NCBI GenBank assembly: GCA_903884815.1
Contig: CAISGE010000027.1
Span: 18,780-82,779 of the forward strand
Direction of reading: 5' to 3'
Origin: Candidatus Omnitrophota bacterium
GTDB taxonomy: Bacteria; Omnitrophota; Omnitrophia; Omnitrophales; Aquincolibacteriaceae
Length of the DNA: 64,000 bases
The notes under the pieces are model-generated. The model searched no databases, was not told where the DNA came from, and was given only the letters and a program-made list of their open reading frames with translations. Both the position numbers and the translations under genes were made by a program. Positions within the stretch are counted from its first letter, which is position 1; each line of letters starts with the position of its first letter. Below, piece after piece: positions 57,445 through 64,000 of this stretch.

Positions 57445-60400
57445 ATGCGCCTTAAAAAACTCGAGCTTTTAGGCTTCAAATCTTTCGCCGAGAAAACCGA
57501 GATCGCATTTGACCACGGGGTCACCTGCATTGTCGGTCCTAACGGTTGTGGTAAGAGCAATGTCTCAGACGCTATCCGTTGGGTTTTGGGAGAGCGCAGC
57601 GCGAAACTTTTGCGCGGCTCCACCATGGAAGACGTCATCTTCAACGGCACCGAAGTCCGCAAGCCTCTCGCCTTCGCCGAAGTCGCCCTCACGATCGATA
57701 ATGCGGACCGCGGCATGCCGATCGAATACAATGAAGTCACTATTGCGCGCCGCCTCTACCGCACCGGTGAGAGCGAGTACCTGCTCAACAAAACTTCCTG
57801 CCGTCTAAAGGATATCCAGGACCTCATCCTCGATACCGGCATCGGTTCTTCCTCCTACTCCATGATCGAGCAGGGGAGGATCGACTACATTTTAAAAGCC
57901 GACCCTGAAGAACGCCGTTTCCTCATTGAAGAAGCTGCGGGGATCGCGAAATACAAGGTGAAGAAGGACGAGTCCATCCGCAAGCTTGAGCGCACCGAGG
58001 AAAATCTCAAGCGCCTCCAGGACATTGTCTTCGAGGTCCAGAAGAACATCCAATATGCGGAGCGACAGGCCAAGCGTGCAGAGCGTTACAAGCTCGAACT
58101 GGAACGCCTCAAAGCCCTTGAGATCAAACGCGCTTTCCACGAACAGCGTCAAATTGAACAGAAGAAGCTCGACCTCACGCTGAGTTTCCAGGCCAAGAAA
58201 GACGAACTCGCGGCACTTGATTCGAATCTCCAGGGTCAGCACCAGACCATCGAGGACCAAGAGACTCGCGTCCGGGGCATCGGGCAACGTTGTCACGTCA
58301 AGGAGGGTGAACGTTATCAGGCTCTCGCTCAGATCGAAACCAACGGGCAAAAGCTCCAGTTCATCCGTGATAAGCGAGTCGAACTTGCCCAACAGCGCGG
58401 CCAGCTTCTCCAGGAGCAAGATCAGCTGCGCCAATCGATAGAAGCCGCGGCCATCCAGAAAAACGAGCACGAAGAACTCCTCAAGACCCGCCACAGCGAA
58501 AGCGGACAGGTTCAGGTCCGCCTCGCGGAAGTAACGCAAAAACTCCAGCATCAAGAGTCCTTGATCCAAGAAGCCAAAAACAACCTTGAAGCCGCCAGAA
58601 AAGATTTTTTTGACGCCGCTCAGTCGACCACCCAGGCCCGCAACGAATTTCACCGCGCCAAAGTGCTCGGGGAGAATCTGGAATCCCAGAAGCGCCGCGA
58701 GGAATCGAACGCCACTCGTCTTGCGGAACAGATCTCCGTCTGGAATGAAAAACTGCGCGTATGTCTCGAATCGCTTGAAAACACGAATGCCGGCCTTCAG
58801 AACACTCTGAGCGGCCACCAGGGACTCCGGGCCACCACCCACGCTTTTGAGCATGAGCTCGCGGACCTCCGCACACGCGCCAACGAAACGCGTCTCGCCC
58901 TCCGCGAAAAGGAATCCCGTCTTCATACTCTTACTGAAATTCAGGGCGCGAGTGCGACCGCCTTCCAAGAATTCCTTAGTGAGGCAACACAGCAAGTACC
59001 GGGGCTTGTGTGTGGACTGCAGGAAATCGTTGAGGTCCGAGAAGGCTATGAGTGGGCAATTGACGTCGCCCTTGGACAATTCGCCCGTTCCTTGATCGCG
59101 GGGGACGCCACGACGGCTAGGACGCTTCTGGAGCGCCTCAACGCAAAAAAAACTCTTGCCGCGGGCATCTTCGTCAGACAGCCGACTTCTTTTCCCGAGG
59201 CTGAGATTCAGCGCTATGCGGCCTTGGGTTTTCGTCCGATCTCTGACTTCGTCGGTATCGAATCAGGCTTTGAGGGAATTCTTGCCAATGTTTTCGTGGG
59301 GGAAACCTTTCCGGTCCAGGAACTTGAATCGCTGCTCCAGACACCGGTCCCGGCGAATCTGGTTTCGCGGGATGGTCTTTTCCTGAGTTCCGACCGACGC
59401 CTCTTTTTCTGGAATGACCAGAGCCGCTCTCAGTTCTTTTTCTCTAATGATTCCGAGACATCCAAGATCCGTGTTGAGATCGATCTCCTGACGGCCCGGG
59501 TCCAGGAAAAAGAAACCAAGATCGGGTTCCTGGAAAACGAACTTGCCACGCTGCGCACCCAGAGCATTGAGGCGGACGAACAAAAGACCACCACCCTCAT
59601 TGAAAAGGAATCACTCGAAAGCGAGAGAAATAACATCGAGGACCGGATCCAGGGATTTCAAAAAGAGATTGAGCTGGCAACCGCGGAAGCCCTGGAGTTG
59701 ACTCAAGAAATTGAACGAAACCGCGTCACGTTCGAGCATTCGCAGAGCGCCTTGGGCCAAAAGGAACAGGACGAATCCAAGTTCACGGAGATCCAGCGGC
59801 AACGGGAAAGAGACCTCGAACAGCATGTGTTTGCCCGGGAAGAGGTCCTGAACGCGCTCCGTCAATGCGAGGCTCAATCCGAACAAGTCCATCAGGGAAT
59901 TCGCCATCTCGAAGAATCCCTCCGCATGATTGGACAGCACACGCAAAAAGATCAGGAACGTCAGGCTTTTCTGGAGCAAGGGAAGGGACGCATCGCCTCC
60001 AAAGAACAGGAGTTGGACCAGGATGAAATCGTTTGTGTTCGCCTGGCCGAAGATTATCAGCAGAGGCTCCACGGCATCGATGTGGAACTCGAGCTTTTGC
60101 GCAAAGATCTCCGGGAACAGGAAGAACTCCTCACGGGGCAGCGCCACGCGCTCGATCAAATGTTGCGCACGCAGAAGCTCTTACAAGACGAAGAGCATCA
60201 GATCTCGCTTCAGCAACTGGACCTCGACTACAAACTCAGGAACGTGGGGGAACGGCTCCAGCAGCGCTACCGCCTCAACTTCTCAGATCTGAATCCTGGG
60301 GAATATATTTTCACGGATGAGGAACTCGCCACGGCCGATGAGACGATCGCGGCGCTTCAGACCAAAGTGGATTCCCTCGGCACTGTCAATTTGCTCGCCA

Positions 60401-61071
60401 TTGAGGAATATCAGGAACTGAAAACGCGCTACGATTTCCTTCTAGCCCAGCAAAAAGACCTCGATGACGCGCGCAATTCCCTCATGGAAGCGATCCGCAA
60501 GATCAATCAGACCACCAAACAGCTTTTTGAGGATACATTCAAGCAGGTCCAGGAAACCTTTAAACAGTATTATCAGATCCTCTTCCGCGGCGGGGAAGCC
60601 AGGATCTTCCTGATCGACGAGACGCATCCCCTTGAATCCGGGATCGACATCGTCGTGCGCCCTCCGGGCAAAAAGTTGCAGAACATGTCGCTCCTTTCAG
60701 GCGGCGAGAAGGCGCTGACCGCCGTGGCACTGCTTTTTGCGCTCTTTAAAATCAAGCCATCACCTTTCTGCCTTCTCGACGAGATCGACGCCCCGCTTGA
60801 CGAAGCCAACATCGACCGATTTCTTGCGGTGCTCAACACTTTTATCGATCAATCGCAATTCATCATCATCACGCATAATCGCAAAACCATCGCCATGGGG
60901 AACTCGCTTTACGGCGTTACCATGGAAGAACCGGGCATTTCCAAGATCGTTTCCGTCAAGGTCCGCTCGGGGGAGGAATCCCTTCCGGGTGAAGGCGTTC
61001 ACCCTAAAGTCGCCGCAGAAGTCGCTCAGGAAGCAGCCTCCACGGAAACGACGGACACCGTCAGCGCTTGA
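57445..61071 (+). CDS. smc: chromosome segregation protein SMC (ATG at 57445; the ORF-track GTG at 57439 is an alternative start)
   Basis: Walker A GPNGCGKSN, long coiled coils, hinge, C-terminal LSGGEKALTAVALLFAL...LDEIDAPLD. Confidence 0.9.
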   Translation: MRLKKLELLGFKSFAEKTEIAFDHGVTCIVGPNGCGKSNVSDAIRWVLGERSAKLLRGSTMEDVIFNGTEVRKPLAFAEVALTIDNADRGMPIEYNEVTIARRLYRTGESEYLLNKTSCRLKDIQDLILDTGIGSSSYSMIEQGRIDYILKADPEERRFLIEEAAGIAKYKVKKDESIRKLERTEENLKRLQDIVFEVQKNIQYAERQAKRAERYKLELERLKALEIKRAFHEQRQIEQKKLDLTLSFQAKKDELAALDSNLQGQHQTIEDQETRVRGIGQRCHVKEGERYQALAQIETNGQKLQFIRDKRVELAQQRGQLLQEQDQLRQSIEAAAIQKNEHEELLKTRHSESGQVQVRLAEVTQKLQHQESLIQEAKNNLEAARKDFFDAAQSTTQARNEFHRAKVLGENLESQKRREESNATRLAEQISVWNEKLRVCLESLENTNAGLQNTLSGHQGLRATTHAFEHELADLRTRANETRLALREKESRLHTLTEIQGASATAFQEFLSEATQQVPGLVCGLQEIVEVREGYEWAIDVALGQFARSLIAGDATTARTLLERLNAKKTLAAGIFVRQPTSFPEAEIQRYAALGFRPISDFVGIESGFEGILANVFVGETFPVQELESLLQTPVPANLVSRDGLFLSSDRRLFFWNDQSRSQFFFSNDSETSKIRVEIDLLTARVQEKETKIGFLENELATLRTQSIEADEQKTTTLIEKESLESERNNIEDRIQGFQKEIELATAEALELTQEIERNRVTFEHSQSALGQKEQDESKFTEIQRQRERDLEQHVFAREEVLNALRQCEAQSEQVHQGIRHLEESLRMIGQHTQKDQERQAFLEQGKGRIASKEQELDQDEIVCVRLAEDYQQRLHGIDVELELLRKDLREQEELLTGQRHALDQMLRTQKLLQDEEHQISLQQLDLDYKLRNVGERLQQRYRLNFSDLNPGEYIFTDEELATADETIAALQTKVDSLGTVNLLAIEEYQELKTRYDFLLAQQKDLDDARNSLMEAIRKINQTTKQLFEDTFKQVQETFKQYYQILFRGGEARIFLIDETHPLESGIDIVVRPPGKKLQNMSLLSGGEKALTAVALLFALFKIKPSPFCLLDEIDAPLDEANIDRFLAVLNTFIDQSQFIIITHNRKTIAMGNSLYGVTMEEPGISKIVSVKVRSGEESLPGEGVHPKVAAEVAQEAASTETTDTVSA

Positions 61072-61679
61072 GCATTCCGAACTACCTGACCCTTCTCCGG
61101 ATCCTTCTCACCCCCATCTTTTTTATCACCCTTGTTTCCTACACTCCTGCAAAGGAGGGCTTTCGTCTCGTCGCCTTGGCGATCTTTGCACTCGCCGCCT
61201 TTACCGATGCGTTGGACGGCATCCTTGCGCGCTTTCTCAAACAGCGCACGGCCCTGGGACAAATGCTTGATCCTCTCGCTGATAAAATTCTCCTGGTCAG
61301 CGCTTACATAGGACTTCTCTTCGTTCCCACGATCCCTTACCGTCCGCCGCTTTGGATCACGATCACGATCGTCTTCAGGGATATCATCCTTCTTTTCGGA
61401 TTTTTCACCCTGCACTTTGCCTCAGTGCCAAGCCTCATCCATATGGGCAAAGCTGACAGCGGCTCACCCGAGGACCAAGAAAAGCAAGCCATTCGTACGG
61501 GCAAGATCGAAATGGCGCCCAATCTTTGGGGCAAACTGACCACGGCTTCCCAAATGATTCTGCTGTGCTTCATTCTTCTGGAATGGCCTCTGGCCGTCCC
61601 GCTTGCCTATCTCACCGTGACATTCACCATCGTTTCAGGCATTATCTATCTAACCCGGGGGTTAAAATTCATTCAATGA
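61068..61679 (+). CDS. pgsA: CDP-alcohol phosphatidyltransferase (PgsA-like), with an internal insertion of about 30 aa
   Basis: DALDGILAR...G...LDPLADK signature (D-G-x2-A-R...G-x3-D-x3-D). Confidence 0.8.
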   Translation: MSIPNYLTLLRILLTPIFFITLVSYTPAKEGFRLVALAIFALAAFTDALDGILARFLKQRTALGQMLDPLADKILLVSAYIGLLFVPTIPYRPPLWITITIVFRDIILLFGFFTLHFASVPSLIHMGKADSGSPEDQEKQAIRTGKIEMAPNLWGKLTTASQMILLCFILLEWPLAVPLAYLTVTFTIVSGIIYLTRGLKFIQ

Positions 61680-62290
61680 ACAACAATATCTTCATCTCCA
61701 GTTTTTTCATTATCGCGGCTTACCTGCTCGGCTCCATCCCTTTTGGACTCATCGCCGGATTCAAGATAAAGGGACTCGATATCCGGGAGCATGGAAGTAA
61801 GAACATCGGCGCCACCAACGTTTCCCGCGTGGTTGGAAAAAAATGGGGGATCACGGTTCTCTTACTGGATGCCCTGAAAGGCTATGTGGCTTGCATCCTG
61901 CCTGCTTTCTTTAGTCCGCACCCGACGCTCTCTTTCCAATTGATCCTGGGTGTCTGCGCGATTCTGGGCCACAGCTTTCCGGTCTGGCTCAGGTTCAAAG
62001 GGGGAAAGGGCGTCGCAACCTCGCTGGGGGTATTTCTGGCCGTCGCAACGCTTCCGACCTTGATCACCTTCTGCCTCTGGATACTCTGCTTCACGCTCAC
62101 GCACATCATCTCGATCTCGTCTCTCGTGGCCGCCCTTGTTTTCCCCGCCATGATCGTCTGGAACTACGCCAACACGTCTGAGCTAAAATTCCTCCTCCCC
62201 ATCAGTCTGTTACTCGCTCTGTTCATCTTCTATACCCACCGCGCCAACATCCAGCGCCTCCGCCAGGGAACCGAAAAAAAGCTTTTTTAA
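61676..62290 (+). CDS. plsY: glycerol-3-phosphate acyltransferase PlsY
   Basis: GSIPFG...HGSKNIGATN...DALKG are PlsY motifs. ATGA overlap with pgsA. Confidence 0.85.
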   Translation: MNNNIFISSFFIIAAYLLGSIPFGLIAGFKIKGLDIREHGSKNIGATNVSRVVGKKWGITVLLLDALKGYVACILPAFFSPHPTLSFQLILGVCAILGHSFPVWLRFKGGKGVATSLGVFLAVATLPTLITFCLWILCFTLTHIISISSLVAALVFPAMIVWNYANTSELKFLLPISLLLALFIFYTHRANIQRLRQGTEKKLF

Positions 62291-62298
62291 AGCCACTC

Positions 62299-62326
62299 TT
62301 GACAATTCATTTATTACATATATAAT
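62299..62326 (+). promoter_or_regulatory. consensus sigma-70 promoter TTGACA-16-TATAAT upstream of recA
   Basis: TTGACA 62299-62304, TATAAT 62321-62326. A 5'-UTR of about 100 nt with an AAAGGAG RBS. Confidence 0.5.
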
Positions 62327-62435
62327 TTCCGTTAAGATAATATTCTATGGGTCGTCTTTCCTCAAATTCTCTTTACAGATGAGGGGCCTGCCGATAGAAT
62401 TTTAAAACTGTCGTCATCCTAAAGGAGAAAACATC

Positions 62436-63503
62436 ATGACCGAGCGTAAAAAAGCCGAAAAACCCGCCGTTCCGGAAGCAAAAAAAGAAACCGAAAAGCA
62501 GAAGGCGCTCGCGCTCACGCTGCTCCAGATCGAAAAACAGTTCGGCAAGGGTTCCATCATGAAGCTCGGGGACCAGCACCATGAAAATGTTGCCGCGCTC
62601 CCGACCGGTGCCCTCAGCCTGGACATCGCGACCGGCATCGGCGGCATTCCGCGCGGACGCATTGTGGAGATCTACGGCCCGGAGTCGAGCGGGAAAACCA
62701 CGCTTACCCTTAACATTATCGCTCGGATCCAGTCCACCGGCGGGGTGGCGGCCTTCATCGACGCCGAGCACGCCCTTGACCCGCAATATGCCCAGAAGAT
62801 CGGCGTCAAAGTCGATGAGCTTTTGATCTCACAGCCCGATTCCGGAGAGCAAGCGCTTCAGATCGCGGAAATGCTCGTGCGCTCTAATGCTGTCGACCTG
62901 ATCGTGGTCGATTCCGTCGCCGCACTCGTCCCGCGCGCTGAGATCGAAGGGGAAATGGGACAAGCGCAGATGGGCCTTCAAGCACGCCTGATGTCGCAAG
63001 CTATGCGCAAGCTCACCGCCATTATCAGTAAATCCAAAACCTGCATTGTTTTTATCAATCAACTTCGCGAGAAGATTGGCGTGATGTTCGGGAATCCTGA
63101 AACCACCCCCGGCGGAAAAGCGCTCAAATTCTACGCATCCATGCGCCTCGATATCCGGAGAATCGCGAGCCTCAAAAAGGGGGACGCCGTCGTCGGGAAC
63201 CGTGTGCGCGTCAAGGTCGTCAAAAACAAGGTTGCCGCCCCATTCCGTCAGGCTGAATTTGACATCCTGTTCGAAGAAGGCATTTCCCGCGCGGCAAACG
63301 TTGTCGAACTTGGGACTCAATATCAGGTGATCGAGAAATCCGGTACCTGGCTCGCTTTCAACGATGTAAAACTAGGGCAAGGCAAGGACGCCGCGCGCAT
63401 TTTCCTGAAAGAGAACATGAAAGTTCTTCTGGAAATCGAAGCCCAGATCCTTGAAAAGATCGCCGCGGGGGAAAACGCCCTCGCTGTGACGGCTACGGAA
63501 TAA
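62436..63503 (+). CDS. recA: recombinase RecA (with a Lys-rich N-terminal extension of about 20 aa)
   Basis: [20 protein letters not shown], Walker [11 protein letters not shown]1/L2 loop regions. Confidence 0.95.
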   Translation: MTERKKAEKPAVPEAKKETEKQKALALTLLQIEKQFGKGSIMKLGDQHHENVAALPTGALSLDIATGIGGIPRGRIVEIYGPESSGKTTLTLNIIARIQSTGGVAAFIDAEHALDPQYAQKIGVKVDELLISQPDSGEQALQIAEMLVRSNAVDLIVVDSVAALVPRAEIEGEMGQAQMGLQARLMSQAMRKLTAIISKSKTCIVFINQLREKIGVMFGNPETTPGGKALKFYASMRLDIRRIASLKKGDAVVGNRVRVKVVKNKVAAPFRQAEFDILFEEGISRAANVVELGTQYQVIEKSGTWLAFNDVKLGQGKDAARIFLKENMKVLLEIEAQILEKIAAGENALAVTATE

Positions 63504-63652
63504 GCCCGCAGGCAAAAAATTTCTTGAGGGTGGTTCCGCCAGAGAAGTGATCCGGGTCCGTCCTTATGCGTTTCTCCTTATCTCTTTTTCTCGTTGGCGG
63601 AGCAAGGATTGCCTGCATTTCAGATTCTCTGAAATAGATACGCATTGGGATT

Positions 63653-64000
63653 ATGGATAAAGCGCAAACGGAAGAACAGATCAAACAGGCCTTCATCACC
63701 TCGCTCCGTCTACTCGCGGCCAGTCCCAAAAGCGGGCAGGAAATAAAGAAAAAGCTCGCTGGCAAGGGCTACGAGGACAGCGTCATTGACGAGACATTAT
63801 CCCGGCTAAGGAGCCAGGGCATCGTGGACGATACGCTGTATGCCCAGGACCTGATTGCACGGTTGACGCAGGGCAAGGCAGCAGGCAGGCATAAGGTCGC
63901 GTTTGAATTAAAGCGGCACGGTGTCTCACCAAAGGTCCAGAAAGACTTACTGGAGTCCATCAAAGACGAGGACGAAACAGAACGCGCGCTCGAACAGGCC
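63653..64000 (+). CDS. recX: recombination regulator RecX (partial; runs off the window end)
   Basis: Follows recA. Repeated helical LxxxGY.D..I and L...G..DD..YA pattern typical of RecX. Confidence 0.65.
   Translation, partial: MDKAQTEEQIKQAFITSLRLLAASPKSGQEIKKKLAGKGYEDSVIDETLSRLRSQGIVDDTLYAQDLIARLTQGKAAGRHKVAFELKRHGVSPKVQKDLLESIKDEDETERALEQA

Overview
This 64-kb window is a densely packed chromosomal segment (about 95% coding) from a Gram-negative (diderm) bacterium: LptD, sigma-54 and a lipid/fatty-acid synthesis block are all present. It is mostly housekeeping. Recognised genes are gltB-gltD, tRNA-Thr(CGU), rpoN (minus strand, divergent from accD), accD, a MalK-type ABC ATPase, gap-pgk-tpiA-secG, recG, rsmD, coaD, yceD-rpmF-plsX-fabH-fabD-fabG-acpP-fabF, smc, pgsA, plsY, recA, a partial recX, def-fmt, priA, udg, yihY and a CBS/PAS histidine kinase. 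Two regions look accessory. The first (55-4041) is a glycosyltransferase cluster with a GtrA/GtrB-like pair, followed by a low-GC spacer carrying a tyrosine-recombinase remnant. The second (about 14.9-35.6 kb) is a long co-directional block: two tandem overlapping GGDEF diguanylate cyclases, lptD, ugd, rmlA/rmlB/rmlD (no rmlC), a UDP-glucuronate decarboxylase-like SDR, three Dpm1/ArnC-like GT2s, a DegT aminotransferase, and a NodU/CmcH-family carbamoyltransferase followed by SxtJ-like and SxtK-like small membrane proteins. The SxtK-like ORF is not in the supplied ORF track (TTG start, 52 aa). The block also contains a GmhB-like phosphatase and a UgtP/MGDG-synthase-like diacylglycerol glycosyltransferase, and a korABC 2-oxoacid:ferredoxin oxidoreductase sits inside it. 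The best candidate for an undescribed system is this envelope-glycan/glycolipid modification cluster: Ara4N-pathway-like parts without formyltransferase, deformylase or ArnT, plus a carbamoyltransferase-SxtJ-SxtK module, apparently co-transcribed with c-di-GMP synthases and LptD. Other points of note are three perfect or near-perfect consensus sigma-70 promoters (accD, gap, recA), apparently leaderless def and rpoN, a terminator-like hairpin in the accD leader, and several palindromes. No CRISPR arrays, rRNA or intact mobile elements were found. All assignments rest on motif recognition by eye, with no database search.
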